Assembly: GCF_006345805.1 (NCBI RefSeq)
Contig: NC_043002.1
Coordinates: 42,842,001 to 42,906,000, forward strand
Direction: 5' to 3'
Length of the DNA stretch: 64,000 bases
Origin: Octopus sinensis
Lineage: Eukaryota
A program made the position numbers and the translations under genes. Below, piece after piece: positions 12,958 through 25,407 of the stretch (the first letter of the stretch is position 1; the number at the start of each line of letters is the position of its first letter). The notes below the pieces were generated by a model, which saw nothing but the letters and a program-made list of their open reading frames with translations, did not search any database and had not been told where the DNA came from.

Positions 12958-13550
12958 GTGAATGATATAAGACTACCACGTGGTTTCGCAGCTAGCGACA
13001 TTCCAATAGATTCTATAGAGCCTACCAGCCAACCTATATTACTGGCTCAAGTAACTGACCACTGTCCCCCTACTACGACTATAGTAAATAGCAGGCACTA
13101 CCGCAACAATTATTGTAGTAGTAGTGGTTGTCCGGATTATGTGCCAGTAAAGGCAGAGAAAAAGATAACTGGTTTAAGGAAGACCATCGGTCATGCAATG
13201 ATGCTTATTGCATGTAAGCAGGCAAATCACTATATGTCCCACCAACCAAAAATAAAGGAGATAGAAATGATGTTTGGAGACAACAAAAAGAGGACACTCA
13301 CTTGCAAACTGAGTACCCTCAAGCAGGAACTAAAAGATGTCAGTGAAAAAAAGCTGACATCAGAAGAGAAGAACAGTAAACAAAATATTTAACTGCAACC
13401 AGGCAGAAAATTTTTTAATATTATTTCACGTAAACAAAAACGGAAATCGCAGCTGTAACAAAAATTATTTTCCAAAATTCAAAGTTTTAAGTAAGCAAAA
13501 TATATCAGAACACACTTCAAAGAATGTGTAGAAACATAAAACCTACAAAA
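12958..13550 (+). pseudogene. Degenerate non-LTR retrotransposon ORF fragment, R4/Dong-like region N-terminal to RT
   Basis: LRKTIGHAMMLIACKQANHY...LSTLKQELK...KQNI(FNCNQ) resembles the basic helical region preceding RT in R4/Dong-type elements. Recalled similarity only. Confidence 0.45.
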
Positions 13551-13566
13551 GTGATCGAGTATATAT

Positions 13567-13625
<59 letters not shown>

Positions 13626-13734
13626 ATATATATACGTATATATATATATATGTATATATATAAATATATATATATTTATATTATATATATATATATATAT
13701 ATTTATATATTATATATATATATATATAATATAT

Positions 13735-13809
<75 letters not shown>

Positions 13810-13997
13810 TAAATTATAAAAGGCTTAGTAAAATAAATTACTTTGCCGCATACTGAACTCATTAGAATAGCAGCTAAAAAAACATTTATAAAACTATTTC
13901 TAATACTTAAAGAAAACCTCTCTCATATAGTGTTTGCTCAATTCAACTCCCGAAAGTATGGGGGGTAGAGACATTAAAAAATCAAATGCAAAGGTTA

Positions 13998-14055
13998 TTT
14001 GAGAACGTACGTTTCAAGATTAGTCAAACTCGACATTTCTATCATCAGCTCAGAA
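13998..14055 (-). ncRNA. Minimal hammerhead ribozyme, inverted copy
   Basis: Reverse complement of the 14454-14511 motif (gagaacgtacgtttc...atcatcagctcag). Confidence 0.6.
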
Positions 14056-14453
14056 CTCCCTGGTTTGGATTTGAAAACACTGAAAGTGGGAGCATACCCC
14101 TTCGGCCTCTTATCGCTTCTGAAGATCCGCTCGTAACTAACAGTGCCAACAAATCAAATATGCAAGCGAAGATTTCTGCTCTCCCCTTTCCACCAGCGTG
14201 GGTTAAAATCAGTAAACCTATGCTTTTTTTTCGGTAAAATCCGAGGCATTTAAATAGAGAGAGATGAATTATAATTTCAACAATTGAGGGTAAAATTAAT
14301 TAATTAATCAATTTCACCAAGTGTTCAGTATGCAAAGGGACCATTTAAGGCGAATTCAAATTATTACATTATATAAAAGGGCTTATTCAGAAGCGATAAG
14401 AGGCCGAAGGGGTATGCTCCCACTTTCAGTGTTTTCAAATCCAAACCAGGGAG

Positions 14454-14511
14454 TTCTGAGCTGATGATAGAAATGTCGAGTTTGACTAATCTTGAAACGT
14501 ACGTTCTCAAA
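14454..14511 (+). ncRNA. Minimal hammerhead ribozyme in 559-bp repeat unit
   Basis: TGAG-CTGATGA (14461-14467), stem II (AGA/TCT, GTC/GAC), GAAA (14494-14497), CGTACGT palindrome, GTT cleavage site, then CTCA. Stem I TGAG/CTCA. Non-canonical points: U-U at 10.1/11.1 and a GUU site. Confidence 0.6.
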
Positions 14512-15012
14512 TAACCTTTGCATTTGATTTTTTAATGTCTCTACCCCCATACTTTCGGGAGTTGAATTGAGCAAACACTATATGAGAGAGGTTTTCTTTA
14601 AGTATTAGAAATAGTTTTATAAATGTTTTTTTAGCTGCTATTTCTAATGAGTTCAGTATGCGGCAAAGTAATTTATTTTACTAAGCCCTTTTATATAATG
14701 TAATAATTTGAATTCGCCTTAAATGGTCCCTTTGCATACTGAACACTTGGTGAAATTGATTAATTAATTAATTTTACCCTCAATTGTTGAAATTATAATT
14801 CATCTCTCTCTATTTAAATGCCTCGGATTTTACCGAAAAAAGCATAGTGTTTACTGATTTTAACCCACGCTGGTGGAAAGGGGAGAGCAGAAATTCTTCG
14901 CTTGCATATTTGAGTTTGTTGGCACTGTTAGTTACGAGCGGATCTTCAGAAGCGATAAGAGGCCGAAGGGGTATGCTCCCACTTTCAGTGTTTTCAAATC
15001 CAAACCAGGGAG

Positions 15013-15070
15013 TTCTGAGCTGATGATAGAAATGTCGAGTTTGACTAATCTTGAAACGTACGTTCTCAAA
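15013..15070 (+). ncRNA. Minimal hammerhead ribozyme, second direct copy (559 nt downstream)
   Basis: Identical motif; CTGATGA starts at 15020. Confidence 0.6.
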
Positions 15071-15352
15071 TAACCTTTGCATTTGATTTTTTAATGTCTC
15101 TACCCCCCATACTTTCGGGAGTTGAATTGAGCAAACACTATATGAGAGAGGTTTTCTTTAAGTATTAGAAATAGTTTTATAAATGTTTTTTTAGCTGCTA
15201 TTTCTAATGAGTTCAGTATGCGGCAAAGTAATTTATTTTACTAAGCCCTTTTATATAATGTAATAATTTGAATTCGCCTTAAATGGTCCCTTTGCATACT
15301 GAACACTTGGTGAAATTGATTAATTAATTAATTTTACCCTCAATTGTTGAAA

Positions 15353-15429
<77 letters not shown>

Positions 15430-15982
15430 ATATACGTACATAACATGCATACACATAAGCACATATACACACCTTTTCGTGTGTGTGTTGTCTATGTGTG
15501 TTTGTTTGTTTGTTTGTGTGTGTGTGGATGAAGAGAATCGAAGTGAATGTGAAAACGTATTATCTTACCGACAAAAATAAAAAAAGAAGTTTACAAAACC
15601 ATGTCATGCTGGCCTATTTCCTAAAAATTTTTTTTGCAGCTGCTTTTGTAGCACGGCTTCACTTATAGTTTTTTTTCTCTCTCTAATAATAAAGAACACT
15701 GCATACCAGTGTGTTGACCATTATTAGACACATAGAGTATAAAATGTAGCCTTACTATCCTATAAGAGCAATTATAAAATCCCCGTGCAATCAATGTCGA
15801 ATTTGTTTATTCCCAAAGTATTGATTATTTATTCATAATCAAATTTTTTGTCCCAAAAAGCATGTCTGAGAACCGTGAGGTTTTTGCCCGAGGGGCTTTT
15901 GTCGGGAGGGCTTTTGTTCTTGGGAGCCTCTACAACAAAAGCCCCCTAGAACAAAACCCCCGTACAGGGCTTTTGTCCTACA

Positions 15983-16079
<97 letters not shown>

Positions 16080-16664
16080 CATATATATATACAAACACAG
16101 ACATATATGATATGTATATAAATGTATATGTATATATGTCTGTATGTCGTCCATCTTTCTTCTAGCTTGAATTTCCTTCATTCTCTCTGATCAGTTACAG
16201 GGATTGGACGCATTCTTGTCTTCTCCTGTCAGAGCTTATTTCTCCGCTTTCACCAACTCAACTAGTTTAGGCTTAGCAGCAGCTTCCTGTCTGTTTTCAC
16301 TGTCTTGCTTTTGTTACCAACTTTGATCCTCCGCAAAATCCCAAACTTTATTTAATTTGTTTTGCGTGAGCAACTGTTATGTCGAAAACGTATCTTGTGA
16401 AATGCTTGAAATACGAAGTAGAAAAACAGCCAACAACTGATGTAGGGTCGTTTTTTCTTGTTGCTTGTCTTGTTTTCCGTTTGTTTCTTTTGTTGTTCGC
16501 AAAAAAAGTTTGTATTCCATGTTGTCGTATTTCGTATTTCATGTTGTTTTCGTATTTTATGTTTATTTTATGTTGTTTACGTTCCGTGGTGTCCTGTGTC
16601 CATATATGCATGTATATACAAATATATGTATGTACATATATATGTGTATGTATGCATATATATC

Positions 16665-16740
<76 letters not shown>

Positions 16741-16743
<3 letters not shown>

Positions 16744-17992
16744 GGGTTGGACGAAATAATGGAAACGTCTTAAAATTTCAAACAAATTTTTTTTAATATG
16801 GAGTAGGATCGCCTTTAGCAGTAATTACAGGTTGAATTCCATGAGGTATGGACTCGTACAAAGTTTGAATTGTTTCCAAAGGAATTTTTGTCCATTCTTC
16901 AGCAAAAACAATCTCCAGTTCTTGTAGTGATGATGGTGGAGGATATCGACTCCTTACTTGTTTTTTTTCTAAAATGCACCATAAATGTTAAATAATATCT
17001 GGGGACAGTGGTGGCCAGATAAGATGTTCAACTTCACTAGGATGTTCCTCGTGCCATTCAGTAACAACTTTAGCTGTGTGAATTGGTGCATTATCATCCT
17101 GAAATATTGCGTTTCCCTCCGGTAACAGTTCCGCAACCATAGGATGAATTTGATCCGATAAAATGCTTAAATAGTCTTGACTATTTATTCTGCCATGAAG
17201 GAAAACCATTAGACCCGGGGATTTCCAAGATATAGCCCCCCACCCCCACCCAGATCATCACAGATCGTCTTCCGTGTTTAAGTGTTTAACAACTGGCAGA
17301 AGGCAGTCTGGGTCAAATGCTTCTTTCGGCTGTCTCTACACGTATACTCAGCCGGTGGGCGGAAATAAAGTAAAAGATGACTCGTCCGAGAAAATAACAT
17401 TCTTCCAGTGCTCTGGACCAATTCTGTAGGTTTTTACTCCATTCTAAACGCTTTGCAACGTTTGTTTTTGAAAGTAGTGGTTTTCTGATTGCAGCCCTCC
17501 CGTGAAATCCGGCTTTGTGCAGCTCCCGGCGAACAGTTTTTGTATAAATTGGGTTCTCGAGGTGGTCATTAAGCTCTGCAGTAATTTTGGGAGCTGTACG
17601 GTCTTTATCTGAAAGTTTTGGTTTTCTTCCGGAGTTTTGTTTTAATGAAGAGATTTTTCCCTATTTCTCAAAGGCTGTCATTACTTTTGAGACAGTACTT
17701 CTTGATACACCAAATATTTCGGCTGTTTTTCGTTACGCTAGCGCCGGCCATATGAGCACCGACAATTTGGGCTCTTTGAAAGTTCGACAGATCTGTCATT
17801 CTAATGAATTTTAATTACCTTTTTCTGGTTATATCTGAAAAGAAACAGCAATTTTAGCCAAACATATTAATCAACACTAATAATAAATATAAAAAAAAAC
17901 ATAAAAATAAACATGCTTTTGACGGTTTTATATATATTTCAAAATTATGATGCTATGATGCTGGGTGTTTCCATTATTTTGTCCAACCCCTG
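16741..17992 (-). mobile_element. Full-length Tc1-family DNA transposon (1252 bp) with disrupted DDE transposase
   Basis: TIRs CAGGGGTTGGACGAAATAATGGAAAC / GTTTCCATTATTTTGTCCAACCCCTG in TA context. ATG at 17799 (MTDLSNFQRAQIVGAH...). Catalytic FQDDNAPIH and WPPLSPD motifs. Frameshifts and stops present. Confidence 0.92.
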
Positions 17993-18068
17993 TATATATA
18001 TGTGTGTGTGTGTGCGTGTGTATGTATGCTTCTATGTATGTATGCAAGTATGTATGTATGCATGTATG

Positions 18069-18102
<34 letters not shown>

Positions 18103-18489
18103 TGTATGTATGTATGTATGTATGTATGAATTATGTATGTATGTATGTATGCATGTATGTTCATTTGTCTAATTGTGCGAAATTGTCTGTTTATTTCCCA
18201 CTGATAATGTATGAAGATATAAACGAGTTTCTACGAATATCCATATCCCGTTAATTATCATGAATGTTGAACGATTGTTGTTTATTTGATATACACTTCA
18301 TAAAAAAGAACGGTGATCAATTTTCCCGCCTGTCTGACTACATTCAAACGTGAGAATAATAAATAAAAGAAAAGTGGTGTGGCGATCCTCTTGATGGATT
18401 CGGCTGCTTACAAAGTCCGTACTACACATGGCAATAGTTGATCTACAAAACTCCACAGGTTAGCAACGTTCGGACACTGAACAGCTTGC

Positions 18490-18570
18490 GAGTATGACGG
18501 TTTCCTTCGTCCTGTATGCGAGTATGACGGTTTCCTTCGTCCTGTATGCGAGTATGACGGTTTCCTTCGC
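18490..18570. repeat. 30-bp tandem repeat, ~2.7 copies (gcgagtatgacggtttccttcgtcctgtat)
   Basis: Exact repeats read directly from the sequence. Confidence 0.9.
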
Positions 18571-19569
18571 GCAGGTCCGGCTTGCAACATTATTATACTT
18601 GTCGGGTTTATACTGTACAAGCAATTCCTTTCAGCCATCCTGATAACTCTACGAAACCAAAAGTATTCCTCATTGTCAAGCTGAAATTCTTCCAGGCTAT
18701 TCAATTGATTTTCTTTTTCATGCCGAATATTTTTCTAATAACACCGTTGCTCTTCCCACCACGAATCTTCTATATAAGCTAACAACAGGATCCTCTTTTA
18801 TTACGAACTACTATTGCTTGAGGTACTAGAAACGATCTTCATCAAACCTCGCCCTAACGTCTTAAAACAGGATTGGTTGGATAATATAGTACTGGGTTCT
18901 GGGCACATAGGAACACTTCAGGTCATAGTTATGCTCGATCATAACAATTCATTCTTTATAGAACGCATGGGGTTACAATACAACCGACTGCATTGACAGC
19001 ATGACAGAAATTAGTGAGTGTCGATCGACAGTTCAAATGCAAGCCCAATCACGATGTTTGCAAGACCTTTGTTTTTAATATATGTACAACACCAAATATA
19101 TTTGCTGGAAAAAGGAGAGGAACAGTAGATTAGATTACCTGTAGCACATGGCTTGCACTTTGTTTTTAATCGACTCTGCTTACAAGAAACAAAGTGCAGG
19201 AAAGCATAACTGGTGACCTATATCAGGATGACTGGTCCTCTCAACATGTGTGAGTTTACCTTCACGTGTCATATTTAGTTATTTTTCTGTCACGTTTAAA
19301 GGATTTACAATATTATCCAGAATTACGTCTGCTGAGATAAGTGTCTTATTACGAACTATTACTGTTCAATTAAATATTTGAAGGTTGTCTGGAAATACAG
19401 CCTGTTCATGGTCAACTGTATGTGACCCGCTTTTCTCTTCATTTTATATATTTTTTTTAAAAATAAAAATAGATGAAAATGTTAAAGAAATGTCATTTTT
19501 GTGCCCCGCATGAACTGAAATTACTATGCAACAAAATTACATGTTTTCTGGCTTAAACATTATTCTGTT

Positions 19570-19757
19570 TAAATAATAATAATAATAATATAATAATAAT
19601 AATAATAATATAATAATAATAATAATAATAATTGTCTCAAATTTTGGTACAAAGCCAGCAATTTTAAGAGTGGGGGTTTAGTCGATACTATCAACCCCAA
19701 AAAACAACAATAATGAAGACTATAATAATAATAATTATTATTATTATTATAATAATG

Positions 19758-19836
<79 letters not shown>

Positions 19837-19840
19837 TATG
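19570..19840. repeat. (TAA)n microsatellite field; nearby (TAG)n/(CAG)n at 20570-20660. Many (TA)n, (TATG)n, (GATA)n and (CA)n tracts occur throughout the window.
   Basis: Read directly. Confidence 0.95.
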
Positions 19841-19968
19841 GTTTCAAATTTTATCACAAGAGCAAAATCCCCAGTGTTCAACTGGAACTTTTTTTATCGA
19901 CCCCGAAAGGATGAAAGGTAAAGTCGACCACGGCAAAATTTAGTAATAATAATAAAAAAAAAAAAATA

Positions 19969-20000
<32 letters not shown>

Positions 20001-20568
20001 CTCTCGTCGAATACGACATTTGAGTGTTTAGCTTTTTGCCGAACGACCTGCACAAATGATTTGTAAATAGAGTTCAAATGTATGAGCTTAACATTGGCTC
20101 ACTGTCCCCATCATATCGACTTTGCCTGAACAGGTGCCAGGTGTCGAAATGATCGCAAAGCAATGTGAGACGAAGTGTTTTGCTCAAGAACACAACGCAC
20201 AACCCGGTCTTGGAATTGAAACCACGACCTCTCGATCGTGAGTGCAGCACCCTAACCACTGGGGCCTAGTAACTAGGCCATGTACCCTTACAATAATAGT
20301 GATAATAATAATTATAATAATAATAATAATAAAATAATAATAATAATAATAATAATAATGATCCTTTCTACTAAAGGCACAAGGCCTGAAATTTTGGGGG
20401 AGAGAATAAGTCGATTACATCGACCTCAGTGCGTAACTGATACTCAGTTTACCGACTGATGAAAAGCAAAATCGACCTCGGCGGAATTTGAACTCAGAAC
20501 GTAAAGACAAACGAAATGCCGCTAAGTATTTTGCCCGGCCTGGTAACGATTCTGCCAGCTCACCACCT

Positions 20569-20640
<72 letters not shown>

Positions 20641-21648
20641 CAGCAGCAGCAGCAGCAATAATGATAATAATAATAATCATAATAATAATAATGTTTTCTA
20701 TTAAAGGGACAAGGCTTGAAATTTGGGGGGAGGGAATAAGCCGATTACATCGACCCCAGTACTTAACTGGTACTTAATTTATCGACCCCGAAAGGATGAA
20801 AGGCGAAGTCGACCTTCGCGGAATTTGAACTCAGAACATAGCGACGGGCGAAATACCTATTTCTTTATTACCCACAAGGGGCTAAACACAGAGGGGACAA
20901 ACAAGGACAGACATAGGTATTAAGTCGATTACATCGACCCCAGTGTGTAACTGGTACTTAATTTATCGACCCCGAAAGGATGAAAGGCAAAGTCGACCTC
21001 GGCGGAATTTGAACTCACAACGTAACGCAGACGAAATACCGCTAAGCATTTCATCCAGCGCGCTAACGATAATAATAATAATAATGATGATGATGATTAT
21101 GATGATGGTGATGATGATGATGATGATTTCAAAGTTTGGCACAAGATCAACAATTTCGGGGGAGGGGTTAAGTCGATTACATCGAACCCAGTACTCAACT
21201 GGTACTTATTCTATCGACCCCGAAAGGATTAAAGGCAAAGTTAACCCTACTTCCTTTTCTGGTCACAGGAAAGGAAGAAAAACATTTAGGAAAGACGAAT
21301 GACAATGGGGGAATTTACATAAACAAATGTAATCGACAAAACAATATCAATTATTAAAAAATTTTACAAAATTTCCAATGGAGGAAGTACCCCTCAGAGG
21401 CAACCAAGAAACTCCGTCAACCCTGGATCGCCTAGAATGCTAAGGGCACCGCATGGAAGCGCCTCCCTCCCATCTATTCCCTCTAACCTACTGGTACAAG
21501 CGAAGAGCAGGCCAACTCATTCGGTCATCCTTTCTACACTAACTCATTTTTCAATAAATACTCATAAGCACGGCGAAATATCTTCCTCTAAACTTTCATC
21601 TTCCTTTAAAAGTGAATCTTAATCGATGAGGGCTTAACCGAAGAGAAA

Positions 21649-21816
21649 AGTGGCTGTGTGGTAAGTAGCTTGCTAACCAACCACATGGTTCCGGGTTCAA
21701 TCCCACTGCGTGGCATCTTGGGCAAGTGTCTTCTGCTATAGCCCCGGGCCGACTAATGCCTTGTGAGTGGATTTGGTAGACGGAAACTGAAAGAAGCCTG
21801 TCGTATATGTATATAT

Positions 21817-21867
<51 letters not shown>

Positions 21868-22078
21868 TTCTGTGTCTGTGTTTGTCCCCCTAGCATTGCT
21901 TGACAAGCGATGCTGGTGTGTTTACGTCCCCGTCACTTAGCGGTTCAGCAAAAGAGACCGATAGAATAAGTACTGGGCTTACAAAGAATAAGTCCCGGGG
22001 TCGATTTGCTCGACTAAAGGTGGTGCTCCAGCATGGCCGCAGTCAAATGACTGAAACAAGTAAAAAGAGTAAAAGAGA
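21649..22078 (+). mobile_element. SINE family A, full length
   Basis: Head with a B-box-like ggttcaatccc, CTTGGGCAAGT CORE-like motif, family tail. Confidence 0.88.
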
Positions 22079-22275
22079 CGTCAATCATTTCAATCTCGTC
22101 TCTTGTCCATTACAAGACGTTTTTGCCATAGCCATCAGGCAGAGAAAAAACAGCTTGTCTACCCGACCAAAAGAAGGGAGTGAGATGAGATATTTACGAT
22201 AGAGTCGGCCTAAAAGTAAATGAAAACGTAAAGTATTAAATCTGAAGATAACAACAAACCCCAAAATAATATTAC

Positions 22276-22666
22276 TCTCTTTTTTTTTACTCTTTTTACT
22301 TGTTTCAGTCAGTTGACTGCGGCCATGCTGGAGCACCGCCTTTAGTCGAGCAACTCGACCCCAGGACTTATTCTTTGTAAGCCCAGTACTTATTCTATCG
22401 GTGTCTTTTGCCGAACCGCTTTTGACGGGGACATAAACACACCAGCATCGGTTGTCAAGCGATGTTGGGGGGACAAACACAAACACACACATACATATAC
22501 ATATATACAATGGGCTTCTTTCAGTTTCCGTCTACCAAATCCACTCACAAGGCTTTGGTCGGCCCGAGGCTATAGTAGAAGACACTTGCCCAAGATGCCA
22601 CGCAGTGGGACTGAACCCGGAACCATGTGGTTGGTAAGCAAGCTACTTACCACACAGCCACTCCTG
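22276..22666 (-). mobile_element. SINE family A, full length, inverted relative to the 21649 copy
   Basis: Reverse complement of the same consensus. Confidence 0.88.
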
Positions 22667-23149
22667 CGCCCATTAGATAAGATAAAAGAAACTTATCCAC
22701 ATGCACAACAATATACATACACACAAAAGCAATGGGCAAGAGAGCACATTAAAAACCTGCATAGTAACCAGTGAAGCAGTTTCTGTGCCCAGTAGACATC
22801 GCTAAAGAGTAACTATCAAAAAGACATTTAAATTAATTTAACCCTTTTGATCCAGACCTACCTGAGACTGCCTTTATGATACAAACTTCTTGTATTGAAG
22901 TGATCTAAAGTAATATCATCTGTCAAAGTTTCATTTTAATTCATGTTTCAGACATTTATGGTAAAATCATTTTACATTATTTTCAAAATCATTTGAAACA
23001 GAAAGTGTGGAGTTTAATAGAAATATGGTAACAAAAGTATTAAAATAATTAAGCTCTTTGATCGGTAAAGCGAGCGATAATTAAGGAAAAGTATATTTTT
23101 TTATGAAAAAGAAAGAAGGGGGACACACGAAAGAGCTTTACCTTATAAG

Positions 23150-23664
23150 TACCGTAAATCCTCGAGCATAATCCGCATGTTCCCCCCAAAATTTAAAGGT
23201 CAAAATCCCTAGTGCGTATTATACACGAGGTTAAAAATGAAAATTATTTTCTAAGTTCGAGTCTCTATTTGATGTCCGGCAATGCTTATTCAGACGCATT
23301 TTGTGATGTCGGGCGAGAAAATATCTTAAGCTAAGCCTGAAAGCAATGAAGTCATAAAAGAATCATCTAAAGTAATACCTTGCAATTAGCAACATTTATT
23401 AAACGTTATTACTGTTATTTCTTTATTTCTGCAAACAAAATGCACAAAAAAGCTACACGTTTGCATTATGGTATATATACAATAATAATAAAGTACGTTA
23501 CCGTATACATTTTTACAAACCAAAGACGTTATATAGACCTCCTTGACTCAAGTTAGAGAATGGGTGCGTATTATACACAAAGTTTAGGTTTTTCAGAGTT
23601 ACAGCCCCTAAAAATCCCCTGCGTATTATACTCAAGGGTGGACTATACTCGAGGATTTACGGTA
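23150..23664. mobile_element. pogo/Tigger-like MITE
   Basis: TIRs TACCGTAAATCCTCGAG(C/T)ATA(A/G)TCC at both ends, TA flanks, subterminal tgcgtattata repeats. Confidence 0.85.
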
Positions 23665-25337
23665 ATTTTAGTCATAAGGTATTATAACTTGGCTAAATAA
23701 TTTCGAGTGATTTTCATCACAATGCGTTCGTTGAGAATGCATTAATTGAATTAATTAGAAACTAACCAACATATGATGGATATTCTGAAACTCCAAAATA
23801 AGGTATATCAAATAATTGATAATATAAATTTAATCAATCATTGTCGGTCCTCGATGACCCCTCCTACATTCTCATGTCTTTCCTACTGCCATTACCTTGC
23901 AAATATCTAAGAAGAGCGTTAATTAGTCCATCTCGCTCGCCTCGGAAGGTCTGCGAAAGCTATGGGCACAGCCCAATGTTTTTGACCAAACATATAAAAA
24001 GAACTTAATTTCATTTACTAACATCTTATATTTTCTCCTTGATATCTTTTAAACTATGGCATTACAGTAAAGCTACGTTTTGCTGATGAGATATAATAAG
24101 ACGAAACATATCAGGAGTTGGCTCCGTACACTTAAAGATTAGACTCTCTCTCAACAGCACATAAATGTTGTTGAGAGATACCATGGTTGCTCTATCGTAT
24201 TTGTCAGTAAATAAGAAACCCTCATGTAAGATGCACCCCGATTTTACAAGTGTATGTTGTGACGGGAGAAAAAAAAAAACGAATCTATATTTGATTTTAT
24301 ATTTATTAAAAGATATTATAAAGTAGTTTTGTAGGGAATAAATGTATGATTCTGTGCATGTATATACGAAGCTGGAATAAAGCATAAAATGATAAATACG
24401 ATACTGGAATAAAGCATAAAACTGTAAATTTTATCACATAAAAACTAAGCCATATGAGTGCTGTGTTTCGGTCTTATCTTCTTTGGGATCATCTGTATAG
24501 TTGTGTATATTTTGATCAAGAGAATTCCCGTTCAAGATGTAAAGTTCGTATTTTTGACTATGATATATGGTGCTACTGCAATCAGCCACTAGGGTAGAGC
24601 ATCACTACTATGGTTTTGTTGGCACCTACTTATTGCAAATAGCTGATAGAAGGAAGTTTAACATTCCTTTCATCTTTCTAGAAGAATTTTCCTCTAAATA
24701 ATTAAAAAATGTTTCTTAAAGGTAACTCAGTCATTAATTAATATGAGGTGTGGATTATGTATGCTGAGAAGGAAGGTACGATGAGATGATGTGACTTCTC
24801 CACATAACTGTTGACGTACCATAAACAATTTTTCTTAAGTTTGTGGTCACAGACCAAAGTATTTTTGGCTTGTTTTCAATATTCGATTATTAGTAAAAAT
24901 GATTGTGCCAAGCGGACTTATGCTTATCCAGCTCCTTGGCCTACAACACTCGGCCCTTCATCCGCAATGTACCGCATAAGTCGCAGAGCAATTTTTTGAA
25001 ACAAAAAAGAAAAGAAAAACGTATCTAATACGCCAGCTAATACAGTAGTTATTTAGAGAATGATTTTCCTCCTCTTCACTGCAAATATAATTTTCATTAA
25101 CAGATGTACTTTAGCACCCTATCTTCCACTTTCTTACTTATTTTTCATGCTTCAAGCCTACTCGAGTACTCCTGCTCAGTCGTTCCTGAAATTAAAGAAC
25201 ACATTTTGAAAATATATTTGTACCTCTGTCAGCTCGGCCACCTGCCTTCTTTTTTTCTCTCTTTCATTCACTCTTACATAATTTCCTTCATTCTTTCTTT
25301 TCTCTCCTTTCTCTCTTTCCATCTCTCTCTCATCCAG

Positions 25338-25407
25338 CCAGCGTCCGCCCGACAACCAGAGCGCTCGGCAGACGGTGCTGCACGCTTTGTGACGGCAAAA
25401 TACTCAG
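25338..25407 (+). other. Candidate isolated GC-rich exon
   Basis: Long CT-rich tract ending catccAG (tandem AG at 25340-25341) and donor CAG|GTATGC. No partner exons identified. Confidence 0.3.

Larger units (their letters stand above)
13816..15352. mobile_element. HHR-bearing 559-bp repeat array: one inverted plus ~1.7 direct copies (Penelope pLTR-like / retrozyme-like non-autonomous element)
   Basis: ttcagaagcgataag recurs at 14386 and 14945 (period 559). 13816-14385 is the reverse-complement unit. Both ends abut (TA)n. Confidence 0.75.

Noticed and set aside
13986-15082. Repeated ORF MQRLFENVRFKISQTRHF...
   Set aside because: Antisense to the HHR strand of the 559-bp repeat, short, and with no recognisable domain.
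15862-15985. Cluster of ggcttttgt / acaaaagcc direct and inverted short repeats
   Set aside because: Probably a transposon sub-terminal fragment truncated by (TA)n. Too short to classify.
24075-24120. CTGATGA...GAAAC motif (also CTGATGA at 53905-53911 and on the minus strand near 45750)
   Set aside because: Stems II and III cannot be formed properly or GAAA is missing, so these are not called hammerheads.
25223-25310. Minus-strand MEREKG...RVNEREKKRRQVAELTE|GT, superficially like a bHLH basic region
   Set aside because: Derived from a GA-rich low-complexity tract, with no helix-loop-helix continuation found.
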